Shown in pieces: positions 19,258-27,787 of a stretch of DNA of 64,000 bases. The stretch comes from Candidatus Poribacteria bacterium (lineage in GTDB: Bacteria > Poribacteria > WGA-4E > PCPOR2b). The notes below the pieces were generated by a model, which saw nothing but the letters and a program-made list of their open reading frames with translations, had not been told where the DNA came from and did no database searches. The DNA lies in contig OZ242351.1 of NCBI GenBank assembly GCA_965208675.1, positions 3,872,001-3,936,000 on the forward strand. The letters are read 5' to 3'. Within the stretch, counting starts at the first letter, position 1, and the number at the start of each line of letters is the position of its first letter. Both the position numbers and the translations under genes were made by a program.

Positions 19258-19956
19258 TTATTGATAACCATATTTGTGGTGCAAAGCGAATTTATCTTCG
19301 CATTCCAAACTTTCATAAGCGTGATTCTGGTAGCAATAGCCATACATCGTATATGGGCGATACTCAGAACACGAATCATACACGTCCCACATTCCCGCGA
19401 AATGCCCAAATTCGTGAACCAGAACATTGCGCATACAATAATAGCTGCCCGTCAGCGGCTCGCTATGCACTTTCCACGATTTATAATAATTAAGCGCAAT
19501 ATCGCATTCCCGAATGTTATTTGTGCCTGACCACACCCACCTATAGTATATGCCGTAAGTGGGGGAATTTTCACCCAAACCGCGCCACCCAACAACGTTC
19601 TCACCATCCATTGTCGGCTGAGTTCCGGGCCCGCCCGGCTTCTTAGTCGTCGTTCCGTCGTAAGTCGGTCTAAATGCTATTGTTCCGCCTTGATAAGACA
19701 CATCGTACCACTTTTTCGCCGCCTCTTTAGCATCGTTCAACATATTTGGCTGACCTGAATAAGTTGGATTAACTTTAAAGTCGATCTCGTGGTTGGCGCC
19801 GCCAATGCTCCATTTACGGTTCTTCCCCTGGCCGCCTTCACAAACATCTCGCACTACTTGTTCACATGGAAGCGTGTTATGGCAGTGCGAATATACCAAG
19901 ATGGAAATGCCGAACACCATCATAACTGCGATTATGATTGCAACTGTTTTTTTCAT
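19258..19956 (-). CDS. secreted matrixin-like (M10-type) zinc metalloprotease, cassette 2
   Basis: Signal MKKTVAII...VYS|HCH; DGENVVGW; HEFGHFAGMWD; Met-turn YTM; LECEDKFAL; GGAGG RBS inside the upstream gene. Confidence 0.85.
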   Translation of the reverse strand: MKKTVAIIIAVMMVFGISILVYSHCHNTLPCEQVVRDVCEGGQGKNRKWSIGGANHEIDFKVNPTYSGQPNMLNDAKEAAKKWYDVSYQGGTIAFRPTYDGTTTKKPGGPGTQPTMDGENVVGWRGLGENSPTYGIYYRWVWSGTNNIRECDIALNYYKSWKVHSEPLTGSYYCMRNVLVHEFGHFAGMWDVYDSCSEYRPYTMYGYCYQNHAYESLECEDKFALHHKYGYQ

Positions 19957-19957
19957 T

Positions 19958-20677
19958 CTAGTCGTCCTCCGCATTTTGAATTATTGTTCTTGCACTGGAT
20001 TTCAACTGTGTAACCAGTGTGCTTGACAGTTCAATCTTAGGAGATGTCGCCCCGCGCGCCAACGCCTTGATTTGATTTTCTAATGGGACTACGGCATCTT
20101 TATTGGCCACGGCCGCCTTAGCCAACTCAACTGTTAAATCTAAAGGCATTTCAACAGGAACAACACTATCACTATCCCGCTTGTAAGCAAAATTTGTTTT
20201 CTCGTCGCTAACAGCCCGCTTGCCATACTTATAAAGTATAACGTGGAGTCGGTCGTAAAGATAGTTAGTATAGTAATCGTCTTCGGCTATACTCGTTGTC
20301 ATGAACAACATAACCTTTTCGCCGACTTCAAATGAAGGCTCACTAGATACGTCCAGCGTCAGCACTTCATTTTCCGATGGTATGAAGGCTGTTCCGCCTT
20401 GTATCATAAATTTGACGTATCGTGACCCCGTATTGGGCGTGCCTTTAATAAGCGTGTCAACCCTTACGAGGACATCTGTAGTTAACATAGACCCGCCATC
20501 GTACACAATGTTGTCGCGCGCATGATAACTCAGCAGTTGCACTGTCCCAACAAAAACAACCTCGCTCTTGTCGATACATTTGAGCAGGCTATAATCATCC
20601 AAGTCCGGCTGTTCTGTCGCACCATACGCCATTACCGCACACAAAACCACCAGCAACGCCACAAATACATACTTCAT
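19958..20677 (-). CDS. secreted TIMP/NTR-like OB-fold candidate, cassette 2 partner
   Basis: MKYVFVALLVVLCA; SEVVFVGTV...TDVLVRVDTLIKG...IQGGTA...PSFEVGEKVMLFM. Confidence 0.7.
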   Translation of the reverse strand: MKYVFVALLVVLCAVMAYGATEQPDLDDYSLLKCIDKSEVVFVGTVQLLSYHARDNIVYDGGSMLTTDVLVRVDTLIKGTPNTGSRYVKFMIQGGTAFIPSENEVLTLDVSSEPSFEVGEKVMLFMTTSIAEDDYYTNYLYDRLHVILYKYGKRAVSDEKTNFAYKRDSDSVVPVEMPLDLTVELAKAAVANKDAVVPLENQIKALARGATSPKIELSSTLVTQLKSSARTIIQNAEDD

Positions 20678-20722
20678 TTGAAACCTCCCTTTGTTTGAGT
20701 CAAAAGAATTGTTTCCCTAAAA

Positions 20723-21433
20723 TTATGGTACTCGGTATTTTTGATCTAGCGCATACTTATCTTCGCAACGCAAATCTTCTCTAAAGTGTTCGCCGCCTGC
20801 TGTAATGCCATTCATTGTGTAATACTGGTAATCCTCACACCATCGTGACTGATCAGGCCAGCCTGCATTGTAGTAAACATCCATTAGACCCGCCATGTGA
20901 CCGAACTCATGTGCCAGAACGTCCCTAAGGCAAAAATAGCCAGGATTTGCCGCCCTATTTGCATGACTGGTGAAATCTTTATAATAGTTCAATCCTATAT
21001 CTACTTCTACTATCCTGTTCCCGACAGCCCATATCCCCGCACTAGCGACCTTTCCTTGTCGACCGCCTAATTTACTCGACCACCCAACGATATTCTTATC
21101 ATCACTAGAAAAAATATCATCTTCGGAAATGTCAGTCCGGCCAGCATAGGTATACTGAAATGCAATCGTGCGATTCTGAAAGGATATTTTAGACCACGCT
21201 TTAGCCGCTTTCTTGGTATCCGTTAACAACCCTGGCTCACCATCCCTATCGCTATTTACCCGATACTCAACCTCATATATATCATCGTCATTGATAATCG
21301 CAGGATCCCATACCTTGTTACCTCGAACTGTCATCGGATTTTCATAAGAGGCATCATTATGGCAGTGAGAATAAGCCATAACAGGCAAAAACAACACAAC
21401 AAACAGGCTAATTACAAAAGCACTAATACGCAT
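20723..21433 (-). CDS. secreted matrixin-like (M10-type) zinc metalloprotease, cassette 1
   Basis: Signal ...MAYS|HCH; DDKNIVGW; VEVDIGLN; HEFGHMAGLMD; YTM; LRCEDKYAL. Confidence 0.85.
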   Translation of the reverse strand: MRISAFVISLFVVLFLPVMAYSHCHNDASYENPMTVRGNKVWDPAIINDDDIYEVEYRVNSDRDGEPGLLTDTKKAAKAWSKISFQNRTIAFQYTYAGRTDISEDDIFSSDDKNIVGWSSKLGGRQGKVASAGIWAVGNRIVEVDIGLNYYKDFTSHANRAANPGYFCLRDVLAHEFGHMAGLMDVYYNAGWPDQSRWCEDYQYYTMNGITAGGEHFREDLRCEDKYALDQKYRVP

Positions 21434-21434
21434 A

Positions 21435-22142
21435 CTATTTTTCCTCCTTTTTAAGTATTTTGTCTGCTTTCCTCTTCAATTCAGTCGCAGACGCAGATGG
21501 CAGTACGATAGAATGCTCTGTTCTACTAGACCTGCCGACAAGTCCCTTGATCTCGTTTTCAATTGCCTTTGACGCATTATTGTCCGTAAGGTAAGACTGG
21601 ATCAATACTTTTGTCAAATCTAGCGGAATAATTGTCCGCTTTGCCTTCGATTCGGATTCATATAGAAATTGCACCTTATTATTCTGAATTGGCCTTTTCC
21701 CAAAAACCTCCATGTGAACGCAAAGCCGTCCGTGCGGCCAATCCTGATAGTCTACAGAATCGCCGACTCGCAAAAACAACAACACGCTCTCACCAATGTC
21801 AAATTCTACATTTGGCAACATCGTAAGCGACCTGACCTGTTCATGTTTTGGTATGTACGCAGTCCCACCCCTAATAGCAAATTTAACGTGGTTGGTGCCG
21901 ACATTCGGCTTGCCTTTTATAAGCTGATCGATTCTAACAAGAACATCTGTCAATATCGTACCATTGCCCACCTCTTCCGTGTAATAAGCGTTCATTAACT
22001 CGATAGTGCCAACAACTATGATGTCACTCTTGTCCGTCATATCTAACACGCCATGCCAGCCAATTTCTTCAGATGTCATCCCAGCTCCCTCAATAATACC
22101 AGCACACAGCAAAACCACCAACACCACAAAAACATACTTCAT
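21435..22142 (-). CDS. secreted TIMP/NTR-like OB-fold candidate, cassette 1 partner
   Basis: Likely start is ATG 22142 (GGGAGGG RBS), MKYVFVVLVVLLCA; SDIIVVGTI...TDVLVRIDQLIKG...IRGGTA...EFDIGESVLLFL. Confidence 0.7.
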   Translation of the reverse strand: MKYVFVVLVVLLCAGIIEGAGMTSEEIGWHGVLDMTDKSDIIVVGTIELMNAYYTEEVGNGTILTDVLVRIDQLIKGKPNVGTNHVKFAIRGGTAYIPKHEQVRSLTMLPNVEFDIGESVLLFLRVGDSVDYQDWPHGRLCVHMEVFGKRPIQNNKVQFLYESESKAKRTIIPLDLTKVLIQSYLTDNNASKAIENEIKGLVGRSSRTEHSIVLPSASATELKRKADKILKKEEK

Positions 22143-22187
22143 TTGAACCCTCCCTTGTGTTCGAGTCAAAAGAATTGTTTCCCAATA

Positions 22188-22196
22188 ATTATACCA
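22188..22196 (-). promoter_or_regulatory. extended -10 promoter heading the cassette array
   Basis: TGGTATAAT about 45 bp upstream of ATG 22142. Confidence 0.55.
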
Positions 22197-22665
22197 AAAT
22201 TGCAGTACCAGCGACGCCGAAATCGCGCCGGCACGACCTAAGATTTTAACTACCGTTAGTTTTTTTACGGCCACCAGATATTTTGCAATTATAGCATTAT
22301 TCGCAATCGGTAAGGAGTACGACGGTTGCCAAGTTCGGCGACCGCGCTTACCCATCACTTTCACACAGTGTAGTTGATTGCGGGGTTGCAAATCCCCAAC
22401 TAACGTAAGTTTAATCGCACTTACCATTTTCAAGCTTGCACCTATAACCATTTTCCAGTGAATTGATTTGATTTCCTCCAACCATGAATACGTCGCAGAA
22501 ATCAGAATATTCAAGTTAACCGCGACTAGGTTATATTTGCGACGGATTAATTTCCATTCGTCAATTCATTCAATCACCCACCTTTCTTTTAATGCTTGCG
22601 TTAAGTCTTTTACAGGTCATTGCGATGGCATAAACGGCATTTCAATAGTCTGTATTAACTGCTGG

Positions 22666-23331
22666 TTATATACGGCTCGATGCCGTGTGGTCATCGTTGT
22701 AATCATTCTGGTCGACATCATCGTCGTGCATCGCCGACGGGGTCGCCGCCTCAACTTCAAAGTATTCCTCGAGTTGAGCAAGCACATGGTTCGCCCGGCG
22801 TTTCCAACCAGCATGCCATTGTTTGAATTTATCTGGATTGAGGTCTACAAGACGTTGATAATGGGCTAGTTTCTCCTCATGGAATCGAGTAATCAACTCA
22901 TTGTCGATACCCGGGTCGGATTGCAAATCAATTTCAACGGTTTGTCTCCATGCGGCGACCGCACGGCTAGTGTTGCGCCCCCATGCACCGTCGTCAACCG
23001 TTCCCGCCATACGCTGAATAATCTTGACGGCAGCCTTGCCGGCATTTACAACGAAATCGCTATAGATATATGGAAGAAATTCGGGGAGTTCCCATGTATG
23101 ATACCGTTCAAGATAATCGACATAAAACGCCTCAACGATGTCTTGCCGTTTTAGGAGGCCTTCGACGGTCTCAGGCGCTTCGGGGAATCTGCCGAGGTTT
23201 TTGGGACGCCAGATCTCCCAGCTCTGTTTCGTGATACCGTCGCATGATATGCCGCCGACGTTCGCAGGTTCTCTGCGGTTAATTCCCTTCTCGCTACCGA
23301 TGATTAGCTGAATGATTTGTGTTCTGTCCAT
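22666..23331 (-). CDS. glycoside hydrolase family 108 (lysozyme/endolysin-like), copy 2
   Basis: Near-identical to 12752..13384; RBS GAGGT overlaps the sigma stop codon. Confidence 0.75.
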   Translation of the reverse strand: MDRTQIIQLIIGSEKGINRREPANVGGISCDGITKQSWEIWRPKNLGRFPEAPETVEGLLKRQDIVEAFYVDYLERYHTWELPEFLPYIYSDFVVNAGKAAVKIIQRMAGTVDDGAWGRNTSRAVAAWRQTVEIDLQSDPGIDNELITRFHEEKLAHYQRLVDLNPDKFKQWHAGWKRRANHVLAQLEEYFEVEAATPSAMHDDDVDQNDYNDDHTASSRI

Positions 23332-23343
23332 TTTACTTTAACC

Positions 23344-23925
23344 TCATTCCGTTAGTTTTTGCACGAGCGACTTCAACCTTTTTCGACCGCGGGCCAGTCG
23401 ATTGTTCACGACTGCCTCGCTGAGCCCCAACTCTTGAGCTATCTCCTTATGGCTCATACCGCTCAATCGTAGTAGTAATGGCTGCCGTTCTGAGTCGGGA
23501 AGTTGTTCGATTGCCCTTGCAAGCCTGTCTCGCATGTCGACGAGTTCTTGCTGTTGTTCATCGCGCCGATGCGCAAGCACTGCGGCGACATTCGATACCT
23601 CCGCTTCATTGGCGCCGCTAGAGAGTGAAAGGCACTCAATTAGTTTTTGGCGTTCTCGGTACTTTCTTGCTATGAGTTGAGATGCTATGCGGAACATCCA
23701 GTTTGGGAACTTTTGTGGATCCTTAAGTTCTTGAAGATTTTGCCAGATTGCAACAAAGGTCTCTTGGACAATGTCTTTAGCATCTTCATGGTTGCGCATT
23801 TTCTTGAAAGCGAACGCGTGTAGGGACGTTTCGTGCCGACTACAGAGCACGGAGAAAACGTTCTTGTCGCCCTCCAAAATCTGACGAACCAATTCGGCGT
23901 CGCTCGATTTTTCGCCAACTCGCAT
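23344..23925 (-). CDS. ECF sigma factor (sigma-70 regions 2 and 4)
   Basis: DAKDIVQETF...FPNWMFRIA...AIEQLPDSER...GMSHKEIAQELG...RLARGRKRLK. Confidence 0.9.
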   Translation of the reverse strand: MRVGEKSSDAELVRQILEGDKNVFSVLCSRHETSLHAFAFKKMRNHEDAKDIVQETFVAIWQNLQELKDPQKFPNWMFRIASQLIARKYRERQKLIECLSLSSGANEAEVSNVAAVLAHRRDEQQQELVDMRDRLARAIEQLPDSERQPLLLRLSGMSHKEIAQELGLSEAVVNNRLARGRKRLKSLVQKLTE

Positions 23926-23957
23926 CCCACTCCCCAGATCTGCAAAAGTGATTGGGG

Positions 23958-23982
23958 TGTTTACAACTTACCATTGTAAACA
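23958..23982. promoter_or_regulatory. 9-7-9 palindrome (also at 13996..14020)
   Basis: TGTTTACAA-CTTACCA-TTGTAAACA between the divergent sigma genes. Confidence 0.55.
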
Positions 23983-24039
23983 TGTATGACTATATGGCTA
24001 AAATCTATCACTAAAAATGAAATTTTTTTTTCAAGGATA

Positions 24040-24068
24040 TCGACTTGTAGGGCAATTTATGGTATGAT
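24040..24068 (+). promoter_or_regulatory. sigma70-type promoter
   Basis: TCGACT-17 bp-TATGAT with extended TG. Confidence 0.5.
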
Positions 24069-24370
24069 TTTGATCACGGAAAGAGCGTTGGGGGGACTCA
24101 ATCTAGTTTTTACGCGGATTCCCTCGAACCGGTAGGAAGACGGAAACTTGAGGCAGCGAACCTGCGAGGTTGGAAAGTGTGGGTTGAGAATTGCGAAGTT
24201 GTGGTTTTTTGTGAAGAGATTGCTCGGTTGTATCCACTAAAATTTGAGTGATAGTTTGTTGAAGTTCTGATGTTGCTTTTTTACGGTCTTCTCCAAGTAT
24301 TGATAAATTGCAAATAGGGAAAGGGCCGTACTGATAGTTTTCATTCAACAAGCCTATTTTTGAAGCGGGC

Positions 24371-24937
24371 GTGCCGATGATCCCTGATGAAGTCTATGTG
24401 CAAAAAACTATCGAAGGGGATGTGGAATCATTTAATGAGCTTGTGCAGCGTCATCATACCAGAATCTACGGGTTAGCTTACCGCATGCTGTCCAATCCTG
24501 AAGATGCGGCGGACGCAACACAAGAGGCGTTTTTGGAAGCGTATAAATCGATAAAATCGTTCCAATTCCAATCAAAGTTTTCGACGTGGTTGTACCGAGT
24601 CGCTATCAATACGTGCCAACAATACATCCGCAAATCCGATTCTCGGGCGCGTACGCTCTCGGCATACACAAAAAGCGTTGCAGAAAACGACGCGCAATAT
24701 GACAGTGATTGTCCGGATCGGATTTTGGTGAAATCGGAGAGCGATCGGATGGTACAGGAGGCAATCAGCCAGTTGCCGCCTAAACAGCGGATAGTTGTTA
24801 GTCTATTTTACATGCAGCATCTCAAATATCATGAGATTGCCGAAGTGCTAGATTGTCCGGAAGGGACAGTGGCATCGCGATTAAATACGGCGATAAAGAC
24901 CCTCAAGTCAAAACTGCAAAACCCGCACCATCTATAA
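24371..24937 (+). CDS. ECF sigma factor (RpoE/SigW-like)
   Basis: DAADATQEAF...SKFSTWLYRVAIN...QLPPKQR...YHEIAEVLDCPEGTVASRL. Confidence 0.92.
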   Translation: MPMIPDEVYVQKTIEGDVESFNELVQRHHTRIYGLAYRMLSNPEDAADATQEAFLEAYKSIKSFQFQSKFSTWLYRVAINTCQQYIRKSDSRARTLSAYTKSVAENDAQYDSDCPDRILVKSESDRMVQEAISQLPPKQRIVVSLFYMQHLKYHEIAEVLDCPEGTVASRLNTAIKTLKSKLQNPHHL

Positions 24938-24961
24938 TCTTTACGAAACGAGAGGACGGCT

Positions 24962-25489
24962 ATGGATCTCGACTGCAAACGCGTTATTGAAAACCTGAGT
25001 CTACATTCGAATCCGGACCTTTCTCACGAAGAGAGAGCTGAGTTCAAAAAACATCTCGTTCAATGCCAAACCTGTCAGAAGGAATATGAAGAGATGTTGC
25101 ATACGGCGGCAGTTCTTGAAAGCCTTCCGGCTCTCGCTCCGCCGCCGGATCTCCTTGGGCGGACTCAAGAACGGATTACCCAGGAACACCGGCGGAATCA
25201 ATTGGCATTCTTCGCCAACCCGTTCGCCGGTATCCTCAGGTTACTGAAGTTGGATCCTCATCCGACTTTTGTCAACTGCACAGCCGTGCTCTTCTACCTG
25301 ATGCTCACAGTTTTTCTGGCGAAATTGACCTTTTTTGACACAACAGAGCCGACGCCGGTGAGCACACCCAATAGGTCTTTGCACCCTGATGCACAGATTG
25401 TGGGTGTGCCGTTAGGTTCGATAAAGGCAACCGTACAGCGCATTGGGACTGAAGAAGAGTCCAAGGAGGGTTCAACCAAACTTGAATAG
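24962..25489 (+). CDS. zinc-finger (HxxxCxxC) membrane-anchored anti-sigma factor
   Basis: HLVQCQTC motif, single TM helix, directly after the ECF sigma. Confidence 0.88.
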   Translation: MDLDCKRVIENLSLHSNPDLSHEERAEFKKHLVQCQTCQKEYEEMLHTAAVLESLPALAPPPDLLGRTQERITQEHRRNQLAFFANPFAGILRLLKLDPHPTFVNCTAVLFYLMLTVFLAKLTFFDTTEPTPVSTPNRSLHPDAQIVGVPLGSIKATVQRIGTEEESKEGSTKLE

Positions 25490-25562
25490 ATAACTGGGTA
25501 TTCGCGTTATTGAATCAACACATTTACAAATTGACGTCGAACATTAGCTATAGCATTTTTGT

Positions 25563-25596
25563 AAAAAAGGCACGGGTTGTGCAACCCGTGCCTTTT
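25563..25596. terminator. bidirectional intrinsic terminator
   Basis: AAAAAAGGCACGGGTTG-TG-CAACCCGTGCCTTTT. Confidence 0.85.
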
Positions 25597-25784
25597 ATTA
25601 TGTCTGTTCATTGTGTATTTTCACCGGGTACCGCTTTTGGGTTGACCAATTCATCTGTGAAGCAGTATAATTCCGCCAAAACCCCTGGTTGTTTGAGACC
25701 GCGAATCCGAAAGGGCAACCGCGAGGGTTGCCCATTCAACAATTATGTTGCGTTCGATTCTCACGTTTGTACGGTGTTTCGGCA

Positions 25785-26609
25785 ATGAATCTCCAACCCA
25801 CGGATTTTATCCTAGAAATTGGGAGCGGACACAATCCGAAAATTCGATCTGATGTGTTATGCGACAAATTCATTGATGATGACACCCAGCGGGGAGGGAA
25901 GATTGTCGCTGATCGTCCGGTGGTTGAAGCCGATGGACAGTATCTACCATTTGCCGACGCATCATTTGACTATGTTATTTGTTCGCACGTGTTAGAGCAT
26001 GTTGAAAATCCTGACTTACTTATTTCTGAACTAATGCGAGTCGCCTCGCGGGGCTACATAGAGACACCGTCCGAGATTGCCGAGCGGCTTTACGGTTGGG
26101 AATATCATAACTGGGTTATCAATTTAATCGACGGTCAGTTAATCATTCAAAAAAATCTGGCCAAAAATCCGTTCGGTCAGCTTTTCCACACGCTTGCGGC
26201 TCACGATAGAAATTTCGCCAAATTTCACATCGCTCACCATGAAATCTTTCTCGTGAAGTATGAATGGGCGGGCAAAATCGACTATAAAATTCTCCCGCCG
26301 GACACATCGCCGCTAGATTTAGATTCGATCGAGACGATTGATACCATGCTAAATCGGGCTAATCGCGTCCCGCTTTGGCAAAGGTGGTTGCGAGTTGCGA
26401 AAGGTTCCATTCCAAAACGGGTTGTGTTTAGGACAAAGACTTTTTTAGCCAAGCGGCGCAAATCCCCGAAGAAAACGCTGGAAGAGATTGTCGTGTGTCC
26501 GGTTTGTAAAGGATCGGTAGCGTGGGAGACTCATCAAATCTGCTGCGGACACTGTGATATCAACTATCCCATTGTTCAAAGAATTGCTCGGCTGCGGCCT
26601 CCGGCGTAG
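25785..26609 (+). CDS. class I SAM methyltransferase with a C-terminal Trm112-like Zn domain
   Basis: LEIGSG, LPFADASFDYVICSHVLEH; VCPVCKG...CCGHCDINYPI. Confidence 0.8.
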   Translation: MNLQPTDFILEIGSGHNPKIRSDVLCDKFIDDDTQRGGKIVADRPVVEADGQYLPFADASFDYVICSHVLEHVENPDLLISELMRVASRGYIETPSEIAERLYGWEYHNWVINLIDGQLIIQKNLAKNPFGQLFHTLAAHDRNFAKFHIAHHEIFLVKYEWAGKIDYKILPPDTSPLDLDSIETIDTMLNRANRVPLWQRWLRVAKGSIPKRVVFRTKTFLAKRRKSPKKTLEEIVVCPVCKGSVAWETHQICCGHCDINYPIVQRIARLRPPA

Positions 26610-26761
26610 TGGAATTAAAGAAACCGAGTTTTGAAGAAAACACTCGGTTTAAAGCGCCACGGTCTATGCCGCTGCGAGGCAAGGACATAACGTTAGCGAG
26701 TATCTACATTCTACATGACCATAAAAAAACGGAGAAAACTGACCAAAAGCTGGAATAAGGA

Positions 26762-27745
26762 GTGCTCAAACCAATGGAAGGCCTTCAAGATACATTCAAT
26801 GATTCGGAAGAACGCAACGTCATCATTATCGGCGGCGGTACGGCTGGATTTGCCGCTGGCGTTTACACCTCGCGGGCAATGCTTGAACCGCTGCTCATTA
26901 CTGGCGATGCGCTCGGCGGACAACTCTCGTTGACGTTAGACCTGGAAAACTATCCAGGCTTCTTCGGCACGGAAGCCGTGGAATTCATCCAAGGGATGCA
27001 GAAACAAGCCGAACGCTTTGGTACGGAAGTGCGGTTCGACACCGTGACAGCGGTCGATTTCAATCGCCATCCGTTCTATGTGAAGACGTATGAAAAGGAG
27101 TATCATGCCAAGGCGGTCATCATCTGCACCGGCGCCTCGCCGCGAACACTGAATATCTCCGGTGAAGCAGAATACGGCGGGCGCGGAGTTTCGTACTGCG
27201 CAACTTGTGACGGATTTTTCTTCCAGGACCAGCGTCTGATTGTTGTCGGCGGGGGCGATGCGGCGCTTGAGGAGGGGCTGTTTTTGACAAAGTATGCCTC
27301 GGAGGTTTATGTAGTTCACCGCCGCGATCAACTCCGTGCAAGCCAAATCATGCAGGCACGCGCCTTCAAGAACGATAAGATGAAATTCATTTGGGACACG
27401 GTCGTTGAAGAGATTCAGGGCGATAGCAGGAAGGTTACAGGGGCGCTGCTCAGAAACGTAAAGACCGATGAAAAACAGGTGTTTCCTATTGATGGTGTGT
27501 TTATCTTCATCGGGCATATCCCGAATACAGACTTGTTCAAAGGTATTATTGACATGGACGACCAAGAATACGTCGTCGTCGATAACCTCCAGCAGACCAA
27601 TATCGAAGGCGTTTTTGCAGCAGGTGACGTGCACGATCACGTCTTCCGTCAGGCGATTACTGCCGCCGGAACGGGGGCAGCCGCAGCAATCTCGGCAGAG
27701 AAATTTATCGCTGCGTTGGAAAACCGCACCTACCCCGGGCAGTAG
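26762..27745 (+). CDS. trxB: thioredoxin-disulfide reductase
   Basis: GGGTAG, GVSYCATCDG, VGGGDAALEE, VHRRD, GVFAAGDV. Confidence 0.95.
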   Translation: MLKPMEGLQDTFNDSEERNVIIIGGGTAGFAAGVYTSRAMLEPLLITGDALGGQLSLTLDLENYPGFFGTEAVEFIQGMQKQAERFGTEVRFDTVTAVDFNRHPFYVKTYEKEYHAKAVIICTGASPRTLNISGEAEYGGRGVSYCATCDGFFFQDQRLIVVGGGDAALEEGLFLTKYASEVYVVHRRDQLRASQIMQARAFKNDKMKFIWDTVVEEIQGDSRKVTGALLRNVKTDEKQVFPIDGVFIFIGHIPNTDLFKGIIDMDDQEYVVVDNLQQTNIEGVFAAGDVHDHVFRQAITAAGTGAAAAISAEKFIAALENRTYPGQ

Positions 27746-27787
27746 GAGCAGCGAGCGCCATTAGGTTCCGTCGGATATTCTCTCGGT

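Larger units (their letters stand above)
22700..24214. repeat. ~1.5-kb direct repeat, copy 2
   Basis: Colinear with 12753..14252. Confidence 0.95.

Noticed and set aside
17873-22196. Integron cassette array
   Set aside because: No attC-like RYYYAAC...GTTRRRY folded sites between modules and no intI in the window; the modules are paralogous
22143-22514. N-terminal extension of the 359-aa ORF 21435..22514
   Set aside because: RBS, promoter and paralog alignment place the start at 22142
12753-24214. Diversity-generating retroelement template/variable repeat pair
   Set aside because: No reverse transcriptase in the window, differences are not confined to adenines, and the repeat spans whole genes
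7213-24370. tRNA-anchored integration site or intact prophage
   Set aside because: No tRNA cloverleaf, att duplication, integrase or virion genes recognised
26936-27640. Long antisense ORF (234 aa) and similar shadow ORFs elsewhere
   Set aside because: Fully antisense to well-supported genes such as trxB, with no motifs or RBS
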